Source: Gemmatimonadaceae bacterium
GTDB lineage: Bacteria; Gemmatimonadota; Gemmatimonadetes; Gemmatimonadales; Gemmatimonadaceae
Direction: 5' to 3'
NCBI GenBank assembly: GCA_044224875.1
Contig: JBGAJQ010000056.1
Location: 1 to 34,498, forward strand
Length of the DNA: 34,498 bases
A model generated the notes under the pieces. That model saw nothing but the letters and a program-made list of their open reading frames with translations. It was not told the DNA's origin and searched no databases. The position numbers were made by a program, and so were the translations under genes. Positions 9,071 to 18,697 of the stretch are shown here, piece by piece. Positions within the stretch are counted from its first letter, which is position 1, and every line of letters begins with the position of its first letter.

Positions 9071-10327
9071 ATGGCTGCCGATCTGCGTTCGACGGGTAAT
9101 CTCGAAATCGATGGCTCGCGTTTCTGGTCTACGGTGACGCGTTCCGCGGAGATCGGCGTGGGGCGCCCCGGTGGACTGTCGCGGCTTGCCCTGTCGGACT
9201 CAGATCGGCAGATGCGTGATGAGTTTGTCGACTGGTGCAGGTCGGCTGGCTGCACCGTCACGACCGACGCGGTCGGGAACATCTTCGCGCGGCGTGCTGG
9301 GGCGAACGATTCCCTTCCGCCAGTTCTCATGGGGAGTCACCTCGACACGCAGGTCAACGGCGGTCGGTTCGATGGGATCGTTGGCGTACTTGCCGGCCTC
9401 GAGGTCATTCGCTCGCTCAACGACCGAAGGATCACCACACAGCGTCCGATCGAGGTCGTCTCGTGGACGAACGAAGAGGGAGCGCGGTTCTCGCCGCCCA
9501 TGATCGCGTCTGGCGCATTCGCCGGGGCCTACGAGGTGTCGTGGGTGTTGGACCGTCGGGACGACGAAGGGAAACGCTTCGGCGACGAACTGGCGCGCAT
9601 CGGTTACGCCGGTGATGCACCTGTCGGTGGCCGCCCCATCGACTCCTACTTCGAGCTTCACATCGAGCAAGGGCCGCTCCTGGACGAGCGCGGGGTGGAC
9701 GTGGGAATCGTCACGCATGGCTACACGGCGCACGGCTTCATCGTCGACATACATGGCGAGACGGCGCATACGGGCCCGTGGCCGATGGAGAAGCGACGCA
9801 ATGCCCTCGTCGGCGCGTCCATGCTGGCCGTGGCCATCAACGACATTGGGTGGAGGCATGCCGCGACTGGCGGCAAGAGTACGGCGTCCAGACTCGTTGC
9901 ATGGCCGAACAAGCCAGGTATTCTGTCGGACTGGGCGCAGTTCACCGGCGACGTCCGGCACGAAGACCCGGCCATCGCCAACGCCATGGCCGACGACTTT
10001 GTTGCAGCCGTCGAAGACTGCGCCCAGCGCTCGCGCACCGACATGGGCATTTCCGAGCGCTGGACGTGGAACGCCGACCTATTCAGCTCCGAGCGTATCC
10101 ATCACGTGCGCGAATGGTGCAAGCGACTGGGCATTGCATCGCTGGACCTCCCGTCGCAGGCGGGGCACGACGCATATTTCCTGGCCCGCGTGGCGCCGAC
10201 TGCCATGATCTTCACGCCCTGTGTTCAGGGGATCACGCACAACAACCTCGAGTGCGCGCTGCTTGAGCGCACGATCCCCGGCGTTACCGTGCTCGCCAAC
10301 GTGGTACTGGAACGCGCCAACAGCTAG
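9071..10327 (+). CDS. Zn-dependent amidohydrolase (N-carbamoyl-L-amino-acid hydrolase / allantoate amidohydrolase / beta-ureidopropionase family)
   Basis: GSHLDTQVNGGRFDG, WTNEEGARF, ELHIEQGP, AGHDA. GGAG(G) RBS before ATG 9071. Confidence 0.88.
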   Translation: MAADLRSTGNLEIDGSRFWSTVTRSAEIGVGRPGGLSRLALSDSDRQMRDEFVDWCRSAGCTVTTDAVGNIFARRAGANDSLPPVLMGSHLDTQVNGGRFDGIVGVLAGLEVIRSLNDRRITTQRPIEVVSWTNEEGARFSPPMIASGAFAGAYEVSWVLDRRDDEGKRFGDELARIGYAGDAPVGGRPIDSYFELHIEQGPLLDERGVDVGIVTHGYTAHGFIVDIHGETAHTGPWPMEKRRNALVGASMLAVAINDIGWRHAATGGKSTASRLVAWPNKPGILSDWAQFTGDVRHEDPAIANAMADDFVAAVEDCAQRSRTDMGISERWTWNADLFSSERIHHVREWCKRLGIASLDLPSQAGHDAYFLARVAPTAMIFTPCVQGITHNNLECALLERTIPGVTVLANVVLERANS

Positions 10328-10974
10328 TCGCCGTTAGGCCCGGCCGCGGCGCGGCGTCGCTGCACCACCTTGAGCCGCAGGCGCTCCTCACGTTCCCGCT
10401 CGTCCAGCTGCCGCGACACGTCGGCAATGGACCGCGAGATCTGGGGTTCGAGGAACTGCTCGAGGGTTCGCAGCTGTCGGCTGGCGTGTGAGACCGCCTC
10501 CCCTAGGCGGCGTATCCGTTGTTCGCGTGGCGCCGCATCAATGAGAAGGTCGGCCAGGATTTCGTACCGGCTGGTCGCCGCGACCGTCGCCGGCCCCAGC
10601 GTGCCCGGTGCCCCTCCCCGCGCCTCCACGGATCGCGTCATCGGTGGATGCGAGACAATATTCGACACCGGGATTCCCCACACCATCGCGGGGCTCAGCT
10701 CGACAAAGCGCTCGTCGATGGGCCAGGCCACGCGCTGGAGTTCCGCGGCCCCTCGAGCGCCTAACGCATCCACCATCGACTCGGCGGCCAGTTGCGCCGC
10801 CCTGGCGATACGCGCTCGAAAGTCCATCGCCGGTCGCGCCACGCGAAACAGTTCCGCCACGAGCGCCTCGCGCTTGCGGCGAATCAGCTGCGCACCCTTC
10901 TCCACACGCGCGAGGTCACGACGAGCGCGGACGAGGTTCATTCGAGTCGCCGCCATCCGCGGCCGCGTACTCAT
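10324..10974 (-). CDS. ntpD: V/A-type ATPase subunit D
   Basis: ATRMNL...[11 protein letters not shown] and [13 protein letters not shown]. Last gene of the operon, ATGA overlap with subunit B. Confidence 0.88.
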   Translation of the reverse strand: MSTRPRMAATRMNLVRARRDLARVEKGAQLIRRKREALVAELFRVARPAMDFRARIARAAQLAAESMVDALGARGAAELQRVAWPIDERFVELSPAMVWGIPVSNIVSHPPMTRSVEARGGAPGTLGPATVAATSRYEILADLLIDAAPREQRIRRLGEAVSHASRQLRTLEQFLEPQISRSIADVSRQLDEREREERLRLKVVQRRRAAAGPNGD

Positions 10975-12377
10975 ACGCCGGTCACCTGCCCATGCGCTTC
11001 TGCGGGACGCGGGTGCCGGGCGGCCCACGTGGCGTCGCTGATCCGGGTGAGATCATCGCGCGGCAGGGCCTCCAGCAGCGTCCAGCCAACTCCGAACGTC
11101 TCGTCGATACTTCGACGGTTACCACCCTGGTTCACGAACTGTCCCTCGAAGGCTTCGGCGAAGGCCAGGGCCCGCCGGTCGTGCTCCGCCAGCCCCGACT
11201 CCCCGACGATGGCCGCCATGGTACGTGCCTCTCGTCCGCGTGCATAGCTGGCGTACAGCTGATCGGACCATTCGCGGTGGTCGCGGCGCGTCTTCCCGTC
11301 CCCGATCCCTGCGTTCATCAGCCGTGACAGGGAGGGAAGCACATCGATGGGAGGCGAGACACCTTGACGGTGCAGTTCGCGACTGAGGACGATCTGTCCT
11401 TCGGTGATGTATCCGGTCAGGTCTGGAATCGGATGCGTGATATCGTCATCGGGCATTGTGAGGATCGGGATCTGAGTGATTGATCCTGCCCGACCGTGAA
11501 CGATCCCGGCTCGCTCGTAAATCGACGCGAGGTCGGTATACATGTATCCTGGGTAGCCGCGACGTCCCGGGATCTCCTCGCGAGCCGTGGCGATTTCGCG
11601 TAAGGCGTCACAGTAATGCGTCATGTCGGCGATGACGACCAACACGTGATAGCCCGCTTGAAACGCGAGGAACTCCGCGCAGGTCAGCGCGAGACGTGGA
11701 GCGAGCAAGCGCTCGACCGCCGGATGCGACGCCTGGTTCAGGTACAACACCGTCCGCGGGAGCACGCCACTGTCTCGAACTCGCTGCAGAAATTCGTCAG
11801 CTTCTCGCGCCGTGATCCCGACACCGGCGAAGACGACAGCGAATGACTCGTCGCGCGGCGCGCGCGCTCCCTCGACGATGCGGGCCGCGATCTCCAGGCC
11901 AGGCAGCCCCGGTCCTGAGAAAACCGGGAGCTTCTGTCCTCGTACAAGTGTGTTCATGGCATCGATCACCGAGAGACCCGTCTCGATGAAGTCCGCGGGC
12001 CTGGCGCGTCGCACGGGGTTGAGCGGCACCCCGTTGATCGAGCGTATCTCCTCGCCGATCGGCTCGGGCAGCCCGTCCATCGCTTCTCCGTGTCCGTCGA
12101 ACGCGCGACCCAGCAACTCGCGACCGACCACCGTCGTCGCCACCGTTCCCGTGAGTGAGATGTCGATCGCATGCGGAGCGAGGCCCACCGTTTCGTCCAG
12201 CAGCTGCACCACGGTGACGCGGTCGCCCGCCTCGATCACCTGGCCACGCCGCTCCCGTTGGCCCGGCGCGCGAATGACGACCCACTCGCCGAGTCCGGCC
12301 TGCCGTGTTCCCCGGAGAAAGAGCAGCGGCCCGGCGACCGATGCCGCCCCACGATACGTCCGTTCCATGGGCATCAT
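10971..12377 (-). CDS. ntpB: V/A-type ATPase subunit B
   Basis: [61 protein letters not shown]. Confidence 0.96.
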   Translation of the reverse strand: MMPMERTYRGAASVAGPLLFLRGTRQAGLGEWVVIRAPGQRERRGQVIEAGDRVTVVQLLDETVGLAPHAIDISLTGTVATTVVGRELLGRAFDGHGEAMDGLPEPIGEEIRSINGVPLNPVRRARPADFIETGLSVIDAMNTLVRGQKLPVFSGPGLPGLEIAARIVEGARAPRDESFAVVFAGVGITAREADEFLQRVRDSGVLPRTVLYLNQASHPAVERLLAPRLALTCAEFLAFQAGYHVLVVIADMTHYCDALREIATAREEIPGRRGYPGYMYTDLASIYERAGIVHGRAGSITQIPILTMPDDDITHPIPDLTGYITEGQIVLSRELHRQGVSPPIDVLPSLSRLMNAGIGDGKTRRDHREWSDQLYASYARGREARTMAAIVGESGLAEHDRRALAFAEAFEGQFVNQGGNRRSIDETFGVGWTLLEALPRDDLTRISDATWAARHPRPAEAHGQVTGV

Positions 12378-14128
12378 CGGGAGGGGCCTCCTGCACCAGC
12401 GGGAACGACGTCGTCGGCAGCCGCAACGGCGACGGCGGCCAGTGACTCCACCTGTTCGTCGGCGCCATCACGCAGTGCCGCAAGCGCGCGCCGGGCGGGA
12501 GCCAGGTTCAAGCGCGCGAGCGTGGTGCCGCGCTCCAGCGCGGTTGTCGCGGCGCGATGGAGCCGCACCGCCGCCGCTGCCATGGCATGCGTCTTCTGGA
12601 CGGACGAGATGGCATCGTGTGGGTGGAAGGCATTCTGGCGAAGGATCGTCTCTCGCACCATCGCCGCGACGTCCATGGCCAACTTGTCCTTGTCTTCCAG
12701 TGCCTCTGGTCCCACCAGACTGGCGATGTCACGCAACTCACGCTCACGCTGCAACAGGCGAACGAGCGACGAGCGCAAGGCATCCCAATCCGCACCGCCA
12801 TGCGTCGCGAACCACGGGCTCACGCGCGTTCCGTAGAGCGAAAACGAGGCATCCCAGTCCACGGCCGGGTAGTGACGCTGGTGCGCAAGACTCGCGTCGA
12901 GTGCCCACATCGCCCCGGCCACGCGCAGGGAGGCCTGCGTCACCGGTTCCGAGAAGTCGCCCCCCGGTGGCGAGATCGCACCGATGATCGTGACCGCGCC
13001 CTGGCGCGCCGGCGCGCCTAACGCGGTTACACGTCCGGCGCGTTCAAGGAACTGACCTAGTCGGCTGGCAAGATACGTCGGATACCCCTCCTCACCCGGC
13101 ATCTCCTGGAGACGTGCACCAAGTTCGCGCAGGGCCTCTGCCCAACGGGAGGTACTGTCCACCATCAGGGCCACCCGGTATCCCATGTCTCGGTAGTACT
13201 CCGCGATCGTGACGCCCAGGTAGATGGACGCTTCGCGCGCCGCAACGGGCATGTTCGAGGTATTCACGATCAACACGGCGCGGTCCATCACGGGGCGGCC
13301 GGTTCGCGGGTCGATCAGGGCCGGAAACTCGCTGAGCACGTCGGTCATCTCGTTCCCGCGTTCGCCGCAGCCGACGTACACCACCACGTCGGCATCCGCA
13401 AACTTCGCCAGCGATTGCTGGACGATCGTCTTGCCCGTGCCAAAACCGCCAGGTACAACACAGGCCCCGCCCTCAGCCACGGGAAACAACAGGTCGAACA
13501 CCCGTTGGCCGGTGATGAATGGCCGCTCGGCGGCCAGCCGCGCGGCACTCGGCCGCGGGGCGCGCACCGGCCATGGTTGGGCCAGCCGAAGTGGCGTGCC
13601 GTTGTCCAGTGTCCCGACCACCTCGTCCACCGCATAGTCTCCCGACGCCAACTGCGTGAGGACGCCTTCCACGCCGGGCGGCACCAGGATTCGGTGATCG
13701 ATCCCCGGGCGCTCGACCACCACGCCCAGCACGTCGCCGCCCTTCACCGACGTGCCAATCTCCGCCTGCCGTTCAAAGTGCCAGCGTTTTGCCTGGTCCA
13801 GGGTGGGCGCTCGCACGCCAGGTGCAATGAAGTCTCCCGTTGCCTCGGCCACGCGCGCCAGTGGTCGACCTACGCCGTCAAGAATGCTGCCGAGCAGACC
13901 CGGACCCAGGGTGACGGCGAGGGTATTTCCGGTCACGGACACCGGTTCTCCCAGGCAAAGTCCGGTCGTGTCCTCGTAGACCTGCAACGTGGCAAGATCT
14001 CCGCTTTGGCGAATCACTTCGCCTAACAACGAGCGATCGCCCACATAGGCCAATTCGTACAGCGAGGCCTGAAGAGGGCGCGCCTCGACGAGGGAGCCAG
14101 CAATCCTCACGATACGGGCGGCGGTCAT
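12374..14128 (-). CDS. ntpA: V/A-type ATPase catalytic subunit A
   Basis: Walker [54 protein letters not shown]. Confidence 0.96.
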   Translation of the reverse strand: MTAARIVRIAGSLVEARPLQASLYELAYVGDRSLLGEVIRQSGDLATLQVYEDTTGLCLGEPVSVTGNTLAVTLGPGLLGSILDGVGRPLARVAEATGDFIAPGVRAPTLDQAKRWHFERQAEIGTSVKGGDVLGVVVERPGIDHRILVPPGVEGVLTQLASGDYAVDEVVGTLDNGTPLRLAQPWPVRAPRPSAARLAAERPFITGQRVFDLLFPVAEGGACVVPGGFGTGKTIVQQSLAKFADADVVVYVGCGERGNEMTDVLSEFPALIDPRTGRPVMDRAVLIVNTSNMPVAAREASIYLGVTIAEYYRDMGYRVALMVDSTSRWAEALRELGARLQEMPGEEGYPTYLASRLGQFLERAGRVTALGAPARQGAVTIIGAISPPGGDFSEPVTQASLRVAGAMWALDASLAHQRHYPAVDWDASFSLYGTRVSPWFATHGGADWDALRSSLVRLLQRERELRDIASLVGPEALEDKDKLAMDVAAMVRETILRQNAFHPHDAISSVQKTHAMAAAAVRLHRAATTALERGTTLARLNLAPARRALAALRDGADEQVESLAAVAVAAADDVVPAGAGGPSR

Positions 14129-14451
14129 TGTAGTCGCACCCGGTAGCCGATGGCTCGCTGCAACATGTCGAGGATGTAGTCCTCACCACGAGGCGCTGCC
14201 TCGGCCCAGTTTGCCGTCGGTATGGGAACCAGCAGCGGCAGTGCGCTGCGTTCGAGCTCGGCGCGAGTCGCCGGCGGGACACGCTCGAGGAGCGAGTCCT
14301 CCACCAGAAGGACGCCAACCTCCGGTGTGACCGCCCGTTGAAGCTGGGCGGTGAGGTCGGAGCCATCGGGAACGTCCGTCGCGCCCAGGCCGGCCAGGCG
14401 GAAGCCTGCCGCGATGGCGGGCGAGGCCAGCACTCGAATGGAGGCCTTCAC
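14125..14451 (-). CDS. ntpF: V/A-type ATPase subunit F
   Basis: GFRLAG motif and C-terminal RAIG, 108 aa, located between C and A. Confidence 0.9.
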   Translation of the reverse strand: MKASIRVLASPAIAAGFRLAGLGATDVPDGSDLTAQLQRAVTPEVGVLLVEDSLLERVPPATRAELERSALPLLVPIPTANWAEAAPRGEDYILDMLQRAIGYRVRLQ

Positions 14452-15464
14452 CTGGAGGTCTCCATGCCAACGCGCAAGGCGCGCTGGATTGCCCCGGGCG
14501 GAAGTCGCATCGCGACACTCCAGATGATGCGGTCGATGGCCCGGACCGTCCGCCGCAACCTCAGTACATATTCGATCACGGGCGCCGTGCCTAACGGTTC
14601 TGTACGGCCGCGGTCCCGCGCCTGGTGTATGAGCGCCTCGAGCACCGCGTCCTCGGCGCGTGCCGGCTGATCGATCGCTGCCGATAGCACGGGAGAATCC
14701 ACCAGGCGCCGTTGCACCAGATCTCGGGCCGCCGCCGTCTCGGCGCGTACGATCTCGAGAAACACATCGAGTGAGAGTCGGCGACCTCCCGGCACGAAGA
14801 ACGCGTCAACGCCCGTGATCTCGCGGCGGGGCCACAACAGGACGGCGGTCCAGAGGTTCTCGACGTCGAACAACGATTGCGCGTAGTCCCGCATCGGCGC
14901 ATCGGCGTGGGCGGCCGCAGCAGTGGCACGCTCCGCGAACTGTCGATTCAGGGAGCACTCGAGCTTCAACAGATCGGGGTGCTGTCGGAGCGACTCGGGA
15001 CGGAGCGACTCGGCGTAGGGATTGCCAATGGCTGACAGCTGAGCGACGAGCGCGGCCACGTCGCCTTGTCGCGCGAGCTCGTGCAGGACGCGTTCAGGAA
15101 GTGCTGGCGTCGGGATCAAGCCGGCGAGTCGTTCGTCTGGGGGCGCACCGCTCGACGCCCCGCGCAACATGGCGCGCAAGCTCCGGCGGTCTTCGTCCTC
15201 ATACAGCGGGGCCAGCCACTGCACCCGAGGACCAGCCCATCGAGCCAGCAGACGCAATCGCCCGGCGGCAAAGCGTCGCACCGCCAGCTCGAGTGCGCGA
15301 GGTGATGCGTGCTCCAGTGGAGTCGGCAGTATGCCGGCGGTAACCAAGGCGACCGACAGGGATGCGACACTCCGGCTCTCAGCTAAACGCTGGATCTCGC
15401 CAGATGACGTCAGCCGGCCAGCCAGGCCCCTCGCTCGGGCCACGACATCGGTCCAGTCAGTCAT
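14448..15464 (-). CDS. ntpC: V/A-type ATPase subunit C (d/AC39)
   Basis: N-terminal ARARG, DVENL..VL, about 338 aa, located between E and F. Start chosen at ATG 15464, overlapping the E stop. Confidence 0.8.
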   Translation of the reverse strand: MTDWTDVVARARGLAGRLTSSGEIQRLAESRSVASLSVALVTAGILPTPLEHASPRALELAVRRFAAGRLRLLARWAGPRVQWLAPLYEDEDRRSLRAMLRGASSGAPPDERLAGLIPTPALPERVLHELARQGDVAALVAQLSAIGNPYAESLRPESLRQHPDLLKLECSLNRQFAERATAAAAHADAPMRDYAQSLFDVENLWTAVLLWPRREITGVDAFFVPGGRRLSLDVFLEIVRAETAAARDLVQRRLVDSPVLSAAIDQPARAEDAVLEALIHQARDRGRTEPLGTAPVIEYVLRLRRTVRAIDRIIWSVAMRLPPGAIQRALRVGMETSR

Positions 15465-16059
15465 CGCGCGCCTCGCCTGACGCATGTGCGGCCACCAAGC
15501 GCATCGCCAGGATCCGTTGCGCCCTTTGCAGCATGGGACTGTAGGTGGCGTCCACTCGGACGTCACCGTCAACGGATTGTGCCACGAACCCGAAGTCGAG
15601 CGCCTGATCGGATTCGATAGTCGGTGCAGTCCCTGAATCGCGCGTCACTGACTGACGCATGATTTCAATGAGGGCGGGATGGCATCGCACTGTGTGGGTC
15701 CCGGGCGGCAAGTACGCGAGGGCACGCTCCAACAGCGTCCGTTGGGCCGCGGCGAAACGGGGGTGCCTGACGAGTCCATCCAGCCGCTCTTTCCCTGTTC
15801 TGAGCACGCGCGCAACCAGTCGCCGTCTCGATTCGAGCGTCTCCAGGTGGCAGACACGTACGACATCGTCCCGATGACGATCGAGCGCTTGTCTGAGGAC
15901 GCGTTCGTGCTCGGCCAGTGCCCGATCGAGGTCACGGGCATCGTCGTCGGCTTCCAGGGCCAGCAGTTGCGCGGCCTCCTGGCGAGCCGCGTCAATCCGC
16001 CGTTGCACTTCCTGGGCGGCGTCCTGTTTCAGCTGCGCGAGGAGCGGTTGGACGCTCAC
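15457..16059 (-). CDS. ntpE: V/A-type ATPase subunit E
   Basis: Helical N-terminus and C-terminal GFVAQSVDGDVRVDAT, located after K. GTG 16059 chosen as start (alternative 16086). Confidence 0.78.
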   Translation of the reverse strand: MSVQPLLAQLKQDAAQEVQRRIDAARQEAAQLLALEADDDARDLDRALAEHERVLRQALDRHRDDVVRVCHLETLESRRRLVARVLRTGKERLDGLVRHPRFAAAQRTLLERALAYLPPGTHTVRCHPALIEIMRQSVTRDSGTAPTIESDQALDFGFVAQSVDGDVRVDATYSPMLQRAQRILAMRLVAAHASGEARDD

Positions 16060-16069
16060 GGCCGGGACA

Positions 16070-16294
16070 CTACCCTGCGCCCCCACGCAGGATGATCAGC
16101 ACGGCAACGACGAACCCAAGAATCACCATCGTCTCGGGTATTGCCACGAGGATGATCACCGTGCCGCTGAGTTCCGGTTTCTCTGCCAGGGTCGCCGCAC
16201 CGGCCGCGCCAATCTTCGATTGCGCCCATGCCGTGGCGATAGCCGAGATCCCCAACACCGCCGCCGCGCTAATGGCAATCCACATGAAGTTCAT
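16070..16294 (-). CDS. ntpK: V/A-type ATPase proteolipid subunit K/c (single hairpin, 74 aa)
   Basis: AWAQSKIGAAG...AEKP...AIPETMVILG with the carrier Glu. GGGAG RBS before ATG 16294. Confidence 0.92.
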   Translation of the reverse strand: MNFMWIAISAAAVLGISAIATAWAQSKIGAAGAATLAEKPELSGTVIILVAIPETMVILGFVVAVLIILRGGAG

Positions 16295-16313
16295 CGATCT
16301 CTCCCGCGAAAAC

Positions 16314-18197
16314 TCAATGCCCCGCCGTCGAACGCCAGTGCGCAAACGGCTCGTACTGGCGTCCCCCGGGGCTGTAGAACTTCCCAAAGAACTCGACAAA
16401 GTGCAGACGCATGGCGTGAATGCTCGGGCTGAACAACCCGATGGCAAAATTCACCAGATGAAAGAGTAGTGCGAACAGCACACCGATCACGGTGCTCCCA
16501 AGGGCGCCCACCATCTGGTTGGCCACCACCGCCAGCATGACCGATGCCGTCCCGAGGGCCATGATGCGCGCGTAGGACAGGACGTTGCCTAACGTCGCAA
16601 GGAGTTCGATCGGCGCAATGAACCCCTCGAGCACCACCAGGACAGGTAGGGCCGCAAGCAGGCCGATCACCGATGGTGTGAAGAGCGACGCGGGCAGCAC
16701 GCGGAACGCCGCGAGCAGCGATACCACGATCAGCACCACCATCAACAGGGAAACGCCCTTGCCCGCCGCCTGTCGCGGACCTTCCCTCGCCGCATTCACG
16801 ACCCCCAGAACCAGTCCCAGGAGCACGTGAACCCCACCCAACGCCAATGCAATCATCAACGCCGCCATCACCGACTCTTCGCGATCGACCGCCAACGCGC
16901 GCATGCCGAACAGCCCGCGACCTAACGTGCCGAATAGCTCGCCGTAGAGCACCCCAAAGATGATCGCAAAGGCGGCGCACGGCGCCGCAATCTCGGATAT
17001 CACTCGGCCCATCGATCCTGGACGCGTGCGTGCGCGCAGCACAACGCTCAACAGCGCCAACATCACACCGTATCCAACATCCCCCAGGATCATGCCAAAG
17101 ATCATGGGGAAGAACACCGCCACGAACGGCGTCGGATCGATCGTTCCGTAACGAGGCAGCGGCAGCAAGCGCACGATCGACTCGAAGGGGCGGAAGAGGC
17201 GCGGGTTCGAGAGTACGACCGGAGCATCTTCGGCGCTCCACTCTTCACGGTCGACGACTTCCACCACCACCGGATCGTGCAGGGCGCCGGTGAGGCGTGC
17301 CGACAGATCCTGCACGGCGTTTGCGGGGAGCCACCCTTCCACGGCAAAGGCATGCGCCGTAACACCACAACGCTGCCTCGCGTCGGCCCTCGCGAGCCAG
17401 TCGTGCATGGCCACCGCCCCACGCGCAAGCTCCATCCCGTGACGACTGCCTAACGCACGCCGCCCTTTCGCACACTCCGCGACTTCGCGCGGCAACTCGT
17501 CGAGCCGTGCGATCATGCGTGGGATCGCCTGCTCCAGTGGCTGTCCGGCGTATTCCCCAGGTAGCGGTACCTCCGGCACGCGCGCCTCGGCGAGACGCGC
17601 CTCAAGCCGATCGGCGAACTCCTTCGGAAGCACGAGAAGCACCGCAACGTCGCCACCCGGGAGGCTCCGCGCCGTCAGGGCAAACTCTGGGCCGATCTCC
17701 TGTCGCAAGGCGTTGCCTAACCGGTTGATGCCTTCCTGCGCAGAGCCTGGGACGACGACCGCATAACTCGTCAGACGCGGTGTCTGGGCAATGCGTTGCA
17801 CCGCAGGCAAGACGGCGGACAGGAAGTCGCGATACTTCTCGATCAGCGCGCGTTCTTCATTCGCACGGGCCTCACGCTCGGCTAGGTGCAGGGCCTCCCG
17901 TCGTGTGTCCCTCGCCGTCCGAGCCCATTTCGCCAGTTCACGAACCGTTGCCCGTGGCTCGGCACCCGGGCGAGCGGCCACACCTAACAAGCGCATGGCG
18001 TGTTCCGCGTCGTCCAAGGCCCGCGCCACATGCCGGTGATGCCGCTCCATTCGGGAGTCCGGCGAGGGCTGGCTGACGCCGCCATGCAAGCTGACGTCGT
18101 TCAGGTGAAGGAGTCCGAAGTCCTGAAGGGCCACCAAGGCGTCGTCCAGCCTGGGACGGGGACCCAGCACGCGAACCTTCACCATCGGGATGATCAC
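16314..18197 (-). CDS. ntpI: V/A-type ATPase subunit I (a)
   Basis: PRYGTIDPTP, FGMILGDVGYG, NVLSYARIMALG (essential Arg), HAMRLHFVEFF. Confidence 0.94.
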   Translation of the reverse strand: MIIPMVKVRVLGPRPRLDDALVALQDFGLLHLNDVSLHGGVSQPSPDSRMERHHRHVARALDDAEHAMRLLGVAARPGAEPRATVRELAKWARTARDTRREALHLAEREARANEERALIEKYRDFLSAVLPAVQRIAQTPRLTSYAVVVPGSAQEGINRLGNALRQEIGPEFALTARSLPGGDVAVLLVLPKEFADRLEARLAEARVPEVPLPGEYAGQPLEQAIPRMIARLDELPREVAECAKGRRALGSRHGMELARGAVAMHDWLARADARQRCGVTAHAFAVEGWLPANAVQDLSARLTGALHDPVVVEVVDREEWSAEDAPVVLSNPRLFRPFESIVRLLPLPRYGTIDPTPFVAVFFPMIFGMILGDVGYGVMLALLSVVLRARTRPGSMGRVISEIAAPCAAFAIIFGVLYGELFGTLGRGLFGMRALAVDREESVMAALMIALALGGVHVLLGLVLGVVNAAREGPRQAAGKGVSLLMVVLIVVSLLAAFRVLPASLFTPSVIGLLAALPVLVVLEGFIAPIELLATLGNVLSYARIMALGTASVMLAVVANQMVGALGSTVIGVLFALLFHLVNFAIGLFSPSIHAMRLHFVEFFGKFYSPGGRQYEPFAHWRSTAGH

Positions 18198-18565
18198 GGC
18201 ACCCCTTCCGCTCGAAGGCCGTACAGCTCCGCCAGCATATCGTCGGCCAGCCGTTCAACCTGCTGTACGCTGGCGTCGTCGAACAGTCGACGCATCGTCT
18301 CGGCCCGTTCGCGCGTCTCCGATTCTTCAGCGGCGGCATGGGCGCGCATACGCGCCTCGAGTGCCGCCAGCGCCTGGCTCCGCTTCTTCAGCGCGGCGTC
18401 GCGCCGCCGTGCCTGCTCGGCCCGCGCGTCGTCCATGATGCGCGCGGCTTCCTCGTCTGCCCGCTGCAGTTCGGCGGCGATTTCTCGTTCCGCCTGCAGC
18501 AGCTCATCGAGGGCGCCCGAGGTATCGCGCACCGCGTGAGTCGGCGTTCCCGAGCTGTGGCTCAT
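18194..18565 (-). CDS. V/A-type ATPase peripheral-stalk subunit G/H
   Basis: Ala/Glu/Arg-rich coiled-coil 123-aa protein, first gene of the operon, GAGGGG RBS, GTGA overlap with subunit I. Confidence 0.72.
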   Translation of the reverse strand: MSHSSGTPTHAVRDTSGALDELLQAEREIAAELQRADEEAARIMDDARAEQARRRDAALKKRSQALAALEARMRAHAAAEESETRERAETMRRLFDDASVQQVERLADDMLAELYGLRAEGVP

Positions 18566-18583
18566 CGCAGCCCCTCGCTTCTT

Positions 18584-18695
18584 TCCGGCGAATCCCGTTC
18601 CTTGAGTGCAGGATCAAGGCTCGTAACTCAGCTTATGGCCGGGCTTAGTTCGAGGATGGCGGGCAATGCGAGAAGTCCTGTCAGGATTCGCCGGA
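18584..18695 (-). repeat. 12-bp perfect inverted repeat enclosing internal hairpins in the V/A-ATPase leader
   Basis: TCCGGCGAATCC (18584-18595) and GGATTCGCCGGA (18684-18695). Inner pair CCTTGA (18600-18605) / TCAAGG (18614-18619). Confidence 0.7.
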
Positions 18696-18697
18696 CG

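Noticed and set aside
12374..14128. Intein or frameshift in V/A subunit A
   Set aside because: Normal length (584 aa) with contiguous motifs.
18601..18618. FNR box upstream of the V/A operon
   Set aside because: TTGAG-N6-ATCAA has the wrong spacing compared with TTGAT-N4-ATCAA.
18584..18695. MITE or IS remnant
   Set aside because: No target-site duplication, second copy or transposase in the window. Kept as a structure candidate instead.
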